DNA of 64,000 nt from Candidatus Margulisiibacteriota bacterium (GTDB taxonomy: Bacteria; Margulisbacteria; WOR-1; O2-12-FULL-45-9; XYB2-FULL-48-7), in contig JBAZKJ010000002.1 in NCBI GenBank assembly GCA_041650855.1, positions 69,076 to 133,075 of the forward strand. Direction: 5' to 3'. A program made the position numbers and the translations under genes. The notes under the pieces were generated by a model, which did no database searches, was not told the origin of the DNA, and worked only from the letters and a program-made list of their open reading frames with translations. This document shows, in pieces, positions 44,674 through 53,402 of this stretch; position 1 is the first letter of the stretch, and each line of letters opens with the position of its first letter.

Positions 44674-45996
44674 GTGGCGTTTGATTTTATGCCAAATTTC
44701 CGCGGCGGTGTCCACCCGCCCGAACAAAAGGACGCAACAGAGAAACAACCGCTGAAAACAGCCGCTTTGCCGGCCAGGGTCGTGCTTCCGCTGCAGCAGA
44801 ATCTCGGTTGTCCCAATGACCCGCTCGTCAAGGTCGGCGACGAGGTCAAGGAAGGCCAGAAGATCGCCGACGCCCAGAAGTTCATTGCCGCCCCGCTCCA
44901 CGCGCCGATCTCCGGCAAAGTCACCAAGATCGAAAAACTGGACAATGCCTGCGGTTTTGATACTGCTTCGATCGTGATCGAGGGGAGTGGGGCTGCTACC
45001 GCATACGCCGGCCAGTGGTCGGTCGAAGAGCTGACCCCGGAACAGATCCGCCAGTCGGTCCGCGAAGCGGGTATCGTCGGCCTCGGCGGAGCCGCCTTCC
45101 CGACCCACGTAAAACTGACCCCGCCCGCCGGCAAGCAGATCGATGCCGTCATCATTAACGGCTGCGAGTGCGAACCGTACCTGACGGCCGACCATCGCAT
45201 CATGCTGGAAAGGGGCGCGGACCTGCTCTACGGGGCGCGGGCGATCGCCAAAGCGGTTGGGGCGGGCCGGATCATTATGGCGATCGAGGAGAACAAAGCT
45301 GACGCAATCGCTAAGGTGCAACTCGCGACACGCGACACGCAACTCGAGACAATAAAGCTTCGGACCAAGTATCCGCAGGGCGGGGAAAAGATGCTGATCA
45401 AGACGCTGCTCGGGCGGGAAGTCCCGTCCGGCGGGCTGCCGTCCGACGTCGGCGTCGTCGTCCAGAACGTCGGGACCGCGGTGGCGATCGCCGAGGCGGT
45501 CAAGTACGGCAAGCCGCTGATCGAGCGGGTGGTCACGGTGACCGGCTCCGCGGTCAAACAGCCGCAAAACCTGGTGGTGCGGATCGGGACGACATTTAAA
45601 GAAGTGATCGACCAGTGCGGCGGGCTGACGGAGGACGCGGCCAAGGTGATCATGGGGGGGCCGATGACCGGGATCGCGGTCGCGTCGCTCGACGTGCCGG
45701 TCGTTAAGGCGACCTCCGGTATCCTGGCCCTGAACAAACGGGACGCGCAACACTATGAAGAGGGGGATTGCATCCGCTGCGGCCGCTGTCTCAAGGTCTG
45801 TCCGACCGGCTTAATGCCGAATTTCCTCGGCGAGTATGCCCGGTTAAAAAATTGGGACAAGATGGCGGAGTACCACGTCGCCGATTGCATCGAATGCGGC
45901 TGCTGCAGCTACGTCTGCCCGAGCCGGATCTATCTGGTCCAGTATTTCAAGGTCGCCAAGCGCGAGCTGCAGACCAGAAAGGCTGTTTGTAAATGA
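44674..45996 (+). CDS. rnfC: Rnf complex subunit C
   Basis: FRGGVHP, GIVGLGGAAFPTHVK, NGCECEPYLTADH, KYPQGGEK, two CxxCxxC ferredoxin motifs; start may be ATG 44689. Confidence 0.95.
   Translation: MAFDFMPNFRGGVHPPEQKDATEKQPLKTAALPARVVLPLQQNLGCPNDPLVKVGDEVKEGQKIADAQKFIAAPLHAPISGKVTKIEKLDNACGFDTASIVIEGSGAATAYAGQWSVEELTPEQIRQSVREAGIVGLGGAAFPTHVKLTPPAGKQIDAVIINGCECEPYLTADHRIMLERGADLLYGARAIAKAVGAGRIIMAIEENKADAIAKVQLATRDTQLETIKLRTKYPQGGEKMLIKTLLGREVPSGGLPSDVGVVVQNVGTAVAIAEAVKYGKPLIERVVTVTGSAVKQPQNLVVRIGTTFKEVIDQCGGLTEDAAKVIMGGPMTGIAVASLDVPVVKATSGILALNKRDAQHYEEGDCIRCGRCLKVCPTGLMPNFLGEYARLKNWDKMAEYHVADCIECGCCSYVCPSRIYLVQYFKVAKRELQTRKAVCK
45319..45346. repeat. Period-7 tandem patch in rnfC
   Basis: CAACTCG CGACACG CGACACG CAACTCG; encodes QLATRDTQL. 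Confidence 0.78.
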
Positions 45997-46907
45997 GCTT
46001 TGACATTTCCACCGGCCCGCACATCCGCGTTCCGTCCGACGCCAGGCTGGTCATGTGGCTGGTGGCGTTCGCGCTCCTTTTTCCGGCGGCGGCCGGGGTC
46101 TATTACTTCGGTTCCGGCGCGCTGATCTTGATCGTTTTCACGACCCTCGTGGCGGTCGCGACCGAAGCGGCGTGCCAGTGGTTCGCCCGGCGGCCGATCA
46201 CCGCGCTTGACGGGAGCGCGGCCGTGACCGGCCTGCTGTTGGCCCTGATCCTGCCGCCGACCCTGCCGCTCTGGATGGCCGGGATCGGCGCCGCTTTCTC
46301 GATCGCGATCGTCAAGGTCCTCTTCGGCGGGCTGGGCTTTAACATTTTTAATCCGGCGCTGGCCGCGCGCGCCTTTTTGCTCGCTTCCTGGCCGGTGGCG
46401 ATGACGACCTGGGTCCGGCCGTTCGACGCCGTCACGACGGCGACCCCGCTTTACCTGGTCAATAAACTGCACGAAGCGGCGCCGAGCTACTGGGCGCTTT
46501 TTGTCGGCAACCGGGCCGGTTCGCTGGGCGAGACTTCGGTCCTGGCCATTCTGATCGGCGCGGCGCTCCTCCTGCTGGTCCGGGTCATCGACTGGCCGGC
46601 GCCGACCGCTTTTATCGGCACGGTGGCGCTCCTTTCCTGGCTGCTCGGCCACGATCCGCTTTTCGCCATCTTGAGCGGCGGGTTGGTCCTCGGCGCGTTT
46701 TTCATGGCGACCGATTATGTCACCGCGCCGGTCACCGTCAAAGGGCGTTTTATCTTCGGCCTTGGTTGTGGCTTACTGACGGTCTTGATCCGCTATTTCG
46801 GCGGTTTCCCCGAAGGGGTCAACTATTCCATTTTAATAATGAACATGCTGACCCCGGTGATCGACAAGTACGCGCGGCCGCGTTTATTCGGGAGCAAACA
46901 TGCTTAA
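45993..46907 (+). CDS. rnfD: Rnf complex subunit D
   Basis: GPHIR, DGSAAVTGLLLAL, FGGLGFNIFNPAL, DAVTTATPL (FMN Thr), GSLGETS, FMATD. Confidence 0.95.
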   Translation: MSFDISTGPHIRVPSDARLVMWLVAFALLFPAAAGVYYFGSGALILIVFTTLVAVATEAACQWFARRPITALDGSAAVTGLLLALILPPTLPLWMAGIGAAFSIAIVKVLFGGLGFNIFNPALAARAFLLASWPVAMTTWVRPFDAVTTATPLYLVNKLHEAAPSYWALFVGNRAGSLGETSVLAILIGAALLLLVRVIDWPAPTAFIGTVALLSWLLGHDPLFAILSGGLVLGAFFMATDYVTAPVTVKGRFIFGLGCGLLTVLIRYFGGFPEGVNYSILIMNMLTPVIDKYARPRLFGSKHA

Positions 46908-47346
46908 CAGCTGCAAAATGGGACTGATCCTGGCGGTTTTCTGCGTTATCTCCGCCTGGGGTTTGGCTTATGTTTACATGTTCACGCAGACGCAGATCGC
47001 GGCGAACGGCCAGATCGCCTTGGAGAATTCGACCAAAGAGGTCCTGCCGGCGTCCGGCCAGGGGCGGGCGGTCGCCGTTAAGGCGCGCGGTTACGGCGGT
47101 GAGATCGAGCTGCTGGTCGGCATCGACGCCAAAGGGGTGGTGAGCGGGCTCAAGGTCCTGAACCACCGGGAAACGCCGGGGCTCGGTGCCAATATCACGG
47201 GAACCAAATTCCTCGGCCAGTTCAAAGGGAAGAAGGCCGGCGACCGGCTGGAAGCGAAAAAAGATATCGACGCAATCAGCGGGGCGACGATCTCCAGCCG
47301 GGCGGTCTGTTTCGGCGTTAAAGAGGCGTTGAAAAAAACACCATGA
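46900..47346 (+). CDS. rnfG: Rnf complex subunit G (short)
   Basis: GYGGEI, HRETPGLGA, DAISGATISS (FMN Thr). Confidence 0.92.
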   Translation: MLNSCKMGLILAVFCVISAWGLAYVYMFTQTQIAANGQIALENSTKEVLPASGQGRAVAVKARGYGGEIELLVGIDAKGVVSGLKVLNHRETPGLGANITGTKFLGQFKGKKAGDRLEAKKDIDAISGATISSRAVCFGVKEALKKTP

Positions 47347-47933
47347 GCTTATGGCAAGACTTTAACCAGGGAATAATCAAAGAGAACCCCGTTCTCCGGC
47401 TGATGATCGGGCTCTGTCCGACGCTGGCGGTCTCGAACAACGCGACCAACGCGCTCGGGATGAGCGTGGCGGTCGCTTTTGTCCTGATCTGCTCCAACTG
47501 GGTGATCGCGGCGCTCCGCAAATTCACCCCCGACCAGATCCGGATCCCGATCTTCATCATTATTATCTCCACTTTTGTCACGATCAGCGACTACATTATG
47601 CAGGCTTATTATCCGGCGCTGTACGCCGCGCTCGGCGTCTTCGTCCCGCTCATCGTCGTCAACTGCATCATCCTGGGCCGGGCGGAAGCGTTCGCTTACA
47701 AGAACCCGGTCCTCAGCTCGGTCCTCGACGGGGTGGGGATGAGCCTCGGGTTCGCTTTCGCGCTGGTCAGCATCGGCGTGGTCCGCGAGCTGCTCGGCGC
47801 CGGTTCGGTCTTCGGCCTGACGGTTTTCAATCCGGCCGTAGCGGCGACGATCATGGTCCTGCCGCCCGGGGCGTTCATCACGATCGGCATCCTGATGGCG
47901 CTGCTCAATAAATACGAGAACAAGGTGCAATAG
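47343..47933 (+). CDS. rnfE: Rnf complex subunit E
   Basis: ENPV....GLCPTLAVS, IRIP, PLIVVNCIILGRAE, LPPGAF. Confidence 0.95.
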   Translation: MSLWQDFNQGIIKENPVLRLMIGLCPTLAVSNNATNALGMSVAVAFVLICSNWVIAALRKFTPDQIRIPIFIIIISTFVTISDYIMQAYYPALYAALGVFVPLIVVNCIILGRAEAFAYKNPVLSSVLDGVGMSLGFAFALVSIGVVRELLGAGSVFGLTVFNPAVAATIMVLPPGAFITIGILMALLNKYENKVQ

Positions 47934-48511
47934 TGGAACTTTTCGGCATATTTTTCGCGGCGTTCCTGATCAATAACATCTTATTGATCCGTTTCATCGC
48001 GCTTTGTTCGTTCTTCGGCGTCTCGACCAAGATCGACACCTCGGTCGGGATGAGCCTGGCCGTCATCTTCGTCATGACGATCTCGTCCGCCGTTTCCTGG
48101 GTCATTTTCCACGCGATCCTGGCCCCGTTCCACCTGGAGTTCCTCCGGACGGCCACCTTTATTTTGACGATCGCGGCGCTCGTCCAGCTGGAAGAGCTCT
48201 ATCTTAAGAAAATGATCCCGACCCTTTACCGGGCGATGGGGATCTACCTGCCGCTGATCACCACCAATTGCGCGATCCTGGCGGTCGCTTTCCTGGCGAT
48301 CGATTACCGCTACGACTTCGTTCAGTCGATGGTCTATTCGCTTGGCGTCTCGTTCGGCTACTCGCTGGCGATCATCCTGTTCGCCTACGTCCGCGAGCGG
48401 ATGGCGCTGGCGCCGATCCCGAAATGGTTCCAGGGTTATCCGATCGCCTTTATCACCGCGGCGCTGATGTCGCTCGCTTTCCTCGGTTTTACGGGGTTGT
48501 TCGGGCTATGA
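47933..48511 (+). CDS. rnfA: Rnf complex subunit A
   Basis: NNILL..F..LCSF, LRT..FIL, GIYLPLITTNCAIL, RERM. Confidence 0.94.
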   Translation: MELFGIFFAAFLINNILLIRFIALCSFFGVSTKIDTSVGMSLAVIFVMTISSAVSWVIFHAILAPFHLEFLRTATFILTIAALVQLEELYLKKMIPTLYRAMGIYLPLITTNCAILAVAFLAIDYRYDFVQSMVYSLGVSFGYSLAIILFAYVRERMALAPIPKWFQGYPIAFITAALMSLAFLGFTGLFGL

Positions 48512-49290
48512 TCATAACTTCGATCGTTGTTCTGGGGATAATGGGGTTCGTCTTTGCGGCGCTCCTGGCGCTGGCGGCCGATTATTTCGCGATCGAGGTC
48601 GATCCGCGGGTCAGCTCGATCATCGCGATCCTGCCCGGCGCGAACTGCGGCGCCTGCGGCGCCGGCGGCTGCCACGATTTTGCCGAGCGGGTCGTTAAGG
48701 GAGAGATCGCGGTCAGCGGCTGCGTCGTCGGCGGGGCGGAAGTCGCCAAGAAGATCGCCGAGATCATGGGGACGTCCGGTTTTACCGTCCACAAGAAGGT
48801 TGCCGCGGTCCATTGCGGGGCGAACGAGGGCCAGCGGCGGCGGAACGCGCACTACTATGGGGTCAAAACCTGTCAGAACGCCGACATTGTCGGTACGGCC
48901 GGCATGATGTGCGCTTACGGCTGTCTCGGCTACGGCGACTGTTTCTGCGCCTGCGCTTTTGACGCCATTAAGATGGTCGACGGTCTCCCTCAGATCGACC
49001 CGGAAAAATGCACCGCCTGCGGCAAATGCGTCGCCGCCTGTCCGCGCGGCATCATCAGCTTGCGCCCTTACAACTTGCCCGTCCGCGTCGCCTGTTCGTC
49101 GCACGACGGCCCGGCCGCGACCAGGAAAAATTGCCCGGTCGGCTGTATCGCCTGCAAAATATGCGAAAAAGCGGTTCCCGAAGTTTTTAAGGTAGTCGCC
49201 AACCTGGCGGTGCTCGATTACGCCCAGACCGGCGTCAACTGCGATCCGGCCGTGGAAAAATGCCCCACCAAGTGTATACTTAAGTCGTAG
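48508..49290 (+). CDS. rnfB: Rnf complex subunit B
   Basis: Start MIITSIVVLG at ATG 48508; DPRV, LPGANCGACG..GC, polyferredoxin Cys motifs. Confidence 0.94.
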   Translation: MIITSIVVLGIMGFVFAALLALAADYFAIEVDPRVSSIIAILPGANCGACGAGGCHDFAERVVKGEIAVSGCVVGGAEVAKKIAEIMGTSGFTVHKKVAAVHCGANEGQRRRNAHYYGVKTCQNADIVGTAGMMCAYGCLGYGDCFCACAFDAIKMVDGLPQIDPEKCTACGKCVAACPRGIISLRPYNLPVRVACSSHDGPAATRKNCPVGCIACKICEKAVPEVFKVVANLAVLDYAQTGVNCDPAVEKCPTKCILKS

Positions 49291-49309
49291 CAAGTACGGG
49301 AGGTTGAAG

Positions 49310-51175
49310 ATGAAAAAAACAATTTTGGCGCTGGTCTGTTTAATTTCTTTCGTGTTCCTGCTCGGCTGCGGCGAGGGGATACCCGATCTGGTCGTTACTA
49401 CTACCACCACGGTCGCGCCGGGGACGACGACCACGACCGGGACCGGGTCGACAACAACGACGACCACGACAACGACCAGCACCACCACGACGACGATCGG
49501 GGCTTACATTGTCGGCGGTTTTACCGCGGCCGGCGAATTTAACCGGCCGTCCGGCATCTTTATCGATAACAGCGGTAATTTTTACGTGTCGGAAATGATG
49601 GGGTGCCGGGTGCAGAAATTCGACAGCAGCTGGGCGCACCAATTGACGATCGGCGGATACGGGAACAGCAACGGCCAGTTCATCATGCCGCGCGGGGTGG
49701 CGGTCAAGAGCGGCAATATTTATGTCGCCGATACCAATAACGACCGGATCCAGATGTTCAACAGCAGCGGTGTTTTTCAGTGGACCTACGGGAGCGCGGG
49801 GACCGGGATCGGCGCGTTCGACGGTCCGCAGCGGCTCTCTTTTTCCGGCGCCGGCGACCTTTACGTGACCGACTACGGCAACAACCGGGCCCAGTACTTC
49901 GACCTGACCGGCGGGACGCCGAGTTACTTTGGGGAGTTCGACGGTACAGCCGGCGGCGGGACCGCTTTCAGCAAACCGCGCGGATTATTCCACACGACCA
50001 GCGACCAGTTTTGGGTCACTTCGACCGATAATGTGAAGATCCAGCAGTACAATCCGGCCGGCAGCTTTTTATTCGGCTTCGATTCGGCCGGTTCGCCTTC
50101 TGGAGTGGCGATCGATTCATCGTTAAATGTTTTCGTGGCCGATGACGATAATAACCACATTTATAAATACAACTCTGCCGGCACGCTCCAAACGACGATC
50201 GGTTCGACCGGTAAGGGGGCTGGCCAGTTCAACGGGGCGGAGGATGTGGCGGTCGACGGTTCCGATAACATTTATGTCGTCGACGCCAATAATCACCGGG
50301 TCCAGAAATTTGATAACAGCGGCAACCTGCTGGCTATTTACGGTTCGCAGGCGACCGCCGAAGGGAAATTCAACATGCCGGCTTGCGTGGCGATCGACGC
50401 GGGCAAGAACAGCTACGTGACCGACATGTACAATGCCCGGGTGCAAAAATTCACCCCGGCCGGGGTCTTCCTCTGGCAGTTCGGTGAGCTCGGCATCGGG
50501 GACGGCCAATTTGCCAACGCGGTTGGGATCGCCGTTGACGCGGCCGGGAATATCTTGGTGGTTAACAGCGGTAATGACCGGGTCCAAAAGTTCGACAGCT
50601 CCGGCGCCTTAGTCAGCAAGTTCGGCTCGACCGGCAGCGCCCACGGCCAGTTTGACCAGCCTGCCGGCATCGCCCTGGACGCGAGCGGCAATATTTATGT
50701 GGCCGATACGGACAACGACCGGATCGAGATGTTCAACAGCCTTGGCGTTCACCAGGCGACGTACGGCAGTTCCGGGGCGGGCGACGGGCAGCTCGATGGG
50801 GCGCGCGGGGTAGCGGTCGACGCGGCGGGCAACATCTTCGTCGCGGATACCAATAACCACCGGGTCCAGCGGTTCAACGCCGCCGGGACGATGACCTTGA
50901 AATTCGGCAGTTACGGGCCGGGCAACAGCCAGTTCAAATCGCCGTTCGCGGTCGCGGTCGACGGTGCGGGCAACATCTACGTGGCCGATTACGAGAACCA
51001 CCGGATCCAGAAATTCGACAGCGCCGGCAACTACCTGGCGAGTTACGGTTCGCCGGGGAGCGGCAGCGGCCAGTTCGGTTATCCGAGCGACGTCAAGTCC
51101 GACAGCGCCGGCAATCTCTGGGTGATCGACAGCGCCAATAACCGGATGCAGTATATCCCGGCCGGGACATTCTAA
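49310..51175 (+). CDS. NHL-repeat lipoprotein with Thr-rich linker
   Basis: Lipobox LLGC; TTTT linker; about 12 repeats of F..P.GIAVD..GNIYVAD..N.RIQKF; GGGAGG SD fits ATG 49310. Confidence 0.88.
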   Translation: MKKTILALVCLISFVFLLGCGEGIPDLVVTTTTTVAPGTTTTTGTGSTTTTTTTTTSTTTTTIGAYIVGGFTAAGEFNRPSGIFIDNSGNFYVSEMMGCRVQKFDSSWAHQLTIGGYGNSNGQFIMPRGVAVKSGNIYVADTNNDRIQMFNSSGVFQWTYGSAGTGIGAFDGPQRLSFSGAGDLYVTDYGNNRAQYFDLTGGTPSYFGEFDGTAGGGTAFSKPRGLFHTTSDQFWVTSTDNVKIQQYNPAGSFLFGFDSAGSPSGVAIDSSLNVFVADDDNNHIYKYNSAGTLQTTIGSTGKGAGQFNGAEDVAVDGSDNIYVVDANNHRVQKFDNSGNLLAIYGSQATAEGKFNMPACVAIDAGKNSYVTDMYNARVQKFTPAGVFLWQFGELGIGDGQFANAVGIAVDAAGNILVVNSGNDRVQKFDSSGALVSKFGSTGSAHGQFDQPAGIALDASGNIYVADTDNDRIEMFNSLGVHQATYGSSGAGDGQLDGARGVAVDAAGNIFVADTNNHRVQRFNAAGTMTLKFGSYGPGNSQFKSPFAVAVDGAGNIYVADYENHRIQKFDSAGNYLASYGSPGSGSGQFGYPSDVKSDSAGNLWVIDSANNRMQYIPAGTF

Positions 51176-51190
51176 CCGAGGAGGGTAAAA

Positions 51191-51811
51191 ATGAACAAGC
51201 AAATTATCGCGGTTTGCCTGATGTCCGCTCTGGCCCTGGCGGCCGAGGCCGCCGTCCAGGAGTTTTCGGCCGACGTGGTGACGAAAACCAAAGGGCAGAC
51301 CATTAACTCCAAGCTGAATTACGGCGGCGATAAATGGCGCCTGGAGACGACGGCCGGCGGCAAGAAGACGGTCTCGATCGTCCGGAGCGACAAGAAGGTC
51401 GTCTGGATGGTCATGCCGGAACAGCGGCTCTACCTGGAACAGAAAATGGGACCGGAACACCAGCGGGGGATGACGGCGAAGCAAAACGGCGAAGTATCGC
51501 GCAAAAAGATCGGCCGGGAGCCGGTCAACGGGGTCGCGGCCGACAAATACGAAGTGACCTACAAGAACGGCCGCAAGACCGAGAAGATGCACCAGTGGAT
51601 CTCCGATGACAAATGGCCGGTCAAGTCGGCGGCGGTCGACGGCTCGTGGAGCACCGAGTTCAAAAACATCAACAAGGGCGATCAGCCTGAGGTGCTATTC
51701 AGCGTGCCGGCCGGGTTTAATAAAATGAGCTTACCATCGATGAGGGCGCCGCGCGGGATGAACCCGAGCAACCTTTACCGGAACATGAAGGAATTACCCG
51801 ATCAGGAATAG
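51191..51811 (+). CDS. Secreted protein, DUF4412/LolA-like fold candidate
   Basis: Signal peptide (A-x-A), EFSAD, WMVMP....Y, KIGRE.VNG....KY, LFSVPAGF. Confidence 0.65.
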   Translation: MNKQIIAVCLMSALALAAEAAVQEFSADVVTKTKGQTINSKLNYGGDKWRLETTAGGKKTVSIVRSDKKVVWMVMPEQRLYLEQKMGPEHQRGMTAKQNGEVSRKKIGREPVNGVAADKYEVTYKNGRKTEKMHQWISDDKWPVKSAAVDGSWSTEFKNINKGDQPEVLFSVPAGFNKMSLPSMRAPRGMNPSNLYRNMKELPDQE

Positions 51812-52564
51812 CCGTTTGGCGTTCCGGGTCGTCGCTAAAGCAACCTCGGCCGTGGTCAGGCCTTTGACCGCCGCGATCTGTTCCGCCACTTTTACCGCGT
51901 AAGCCGGCTCGTTCCTTTGGCCGCGGAACGCCTGAGGGGCGAGGAACGGACAATCGGTCTCGATCATGATCCGCTCCAGCGGCACCTGTTTGACCGCCTC
52001 GCGCAGATCGTCCGCCTTGGGGAAAGTGATATTGGCGGTGAACGAGATATAGAGTCCCATGTCCAATGCCGCCTGGCCCAGCGTCAGATCCCCGGCAAAG
52101 CAATGCAGAACACCCTTCAGCTTCCCCTTATTTTCTTCCCGCAAGATCGTCAGCGTGTCGCGCGCGGCGTCGCGGGAGTGGATGACGGCCGGTTTATCGA
52201 TCTCCTGGCAGAGCTGGAGAAAGCGGCGAAAGACCTGCTGCTGGGCTTCGACCGGGGAGAGCCGGTAATGGTAATCGAGGCCGGTCTCGCCGATCGCGAC
52301 GAGCTGATGTTGTTTCGCCAAATCCTTGAACCGTTGATAATCCGCTTCCCGGTAATCCTGGGCTTCTTGCGGGTGGATCCCGGCCGCGGTAAAGAGATAG
52401 CCGGGATATTCGGCAGCGAGGGCGACCGATCTTTTCAGCGCCTCATCATCCAAGGCGATATTGACGATCGCTTCCAGGCCGGCTTCTTTGGCCCGTTTGA
52501 TAACGTCGGGGAGGTCGAGCGCGAACTCAGGAAAAGTTAAGTGCGCGTGGGTGTCGATGTACAT
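51794..52564 (-). CDS. tatD: TatD family nuclease
   Basis: IDTHAH, GIHP, IGETGLDY, IHSRDA, VLHCF, IETDCPFL, RNEP. Confidence 0.95.
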   Translation of the reverse strand: MYIDTHAHLTFPEFALDLPDVIKRAKEAGLEAIVNIALDDEALKRSVALAAEYPGYLFTAAGIHPQEAQDYREADYQRFKDLAKQHQLVAIGETGLDYHYRLSPVEAQQQVFRRFLQLCQEIDKPAVIHSRDAARDTLTILREENKGKLKGVLHCFAGDLTLGQAALDMGLYISFTANITFPKADDLREAVKQVPLERIMIETDCPFLAPQAFRGQRNEPAYAVKVAEQIAAVKGLTTAEVALATTRNAKRLFLIG

Positions 52565-53402
52565 AGTCGTTCAATTCGGCCAGGATCCGCAGGGGGGCCC
52601 CGGTATCGACGAAGTTGGCCGTGCCGACCTGGACCGCTTTGGCGCCGGCCAGCAGGAACTCGGCCGCGTCGCTGCCGGTCATGATCCCGCCGATCCCGAT
52701 GACCGGGACTTTAACGGCCCGGGTCAGTTCATAGACCATCCGGACGGCAATTGGCCTGATCGCTGGCCCAGAAAGGCCCCCGGTTTTTGTCCCGAGTCGC
52801 GAGTCGCGGGTCTCCGTGTCGATGACCATGCCGACGATCGTGTTGATGGCGGAGAGAGCGTCCGCTCCGGCGTCGACCGCCGCCTGGCCGATGACGGTGA
52901 TGTCGGTCACGTTCGGCGTCAGCTTGGCGATGACCGGCTGGGTCGTCGCTTTACGGACAGCCGAGATGACTTGGGCGGTTAATCCGGCATCTACGCCGAA
53001 CGCCATACCGCCGCTTTTCACGTTAGGGCAGGAGATATTGACCTCGAGCCCCTTGACCATGGTCTCTTTGCTTAACCGCTTGGCCAGTTCGGCGTATTCT
53101 TCCACCGTCTCGCCGGCGATGTTGACGATCGTCGGGGTATCGAACTTGGCGAGGAAGGGGAGGTCTTCTTGCAGAAAATGTTCCAACCCCTCGTTCTGCA
53201 GGCCGATCGAATTGAGCATGCCCGACGGCGTTTCCGCGATCCGGGGGGCGGGGTTCCCGGCGCGCGGCTTGAGCGTGATGCTCTTGGTGATTATCGCGCC
53301 GAGCTTATTAAGGTCCAGATACTCGGAGTATTCCTTGCCCCAGCCGAACGTTCCCGAGGCGACCATGATCGGATTTTTTAACTTGATCCCGGCTAACTCC
53401 AT
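52527..53402 (-). CDS. pyrD: Dihydroorotate dehydrogenase B catalytic subunit
   Basis: ASGTFG, GNPAPR, NSIGLQN, NISCPNV, KLTPN, INT, GGLSGPAIRP, GIGGI. Confidence 0.96.
   Translation of the reverse strand: MELAGIKLKNPIMVASGTFGWGKEYSEYLDLNKLGAIITKSITLKPRAGNPAPRIAETPSGMLNSIGLQNEGLEHFLQEDLPFLAKFDTPTIVNIAGETVEEYAELAKRLSKETMVKGLEVNISCPNVKSGGMAFGVDAGLTAQVISAVRKATTQPVIAKLTPNVTDITVIGQAAVDAGADALSAINTIVGMVIDTETRDSRLGTKTGGLSGPAIRPIAVRMVYELTRAVKVPVIGIGGIMTGSDAAEFLLAGAKAVQVGTANFVDTGAPLRILAELNDYVHRHPRALNFS
52791..52812. repeat. Period-7 tandem patch in pyrD (GGTCGCG family)
   Basis: CCGAGTC GCGAGTC GCGGGTC; encodes TRDSRLG. Confidence 0.72.

Noticed and set aside
49395-49495. ACN-rich repeat as another heptamer patch
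   Set aside because: The period is 3 (poly-Thr linker), not 7
49500-51170. Regularly spaced DNA similarity suggesting a CRISPR array
   Set aside because: It is explained by NHL protein repeats in an open frame; no identical repeats with unique spacers were seen anywhere in the window
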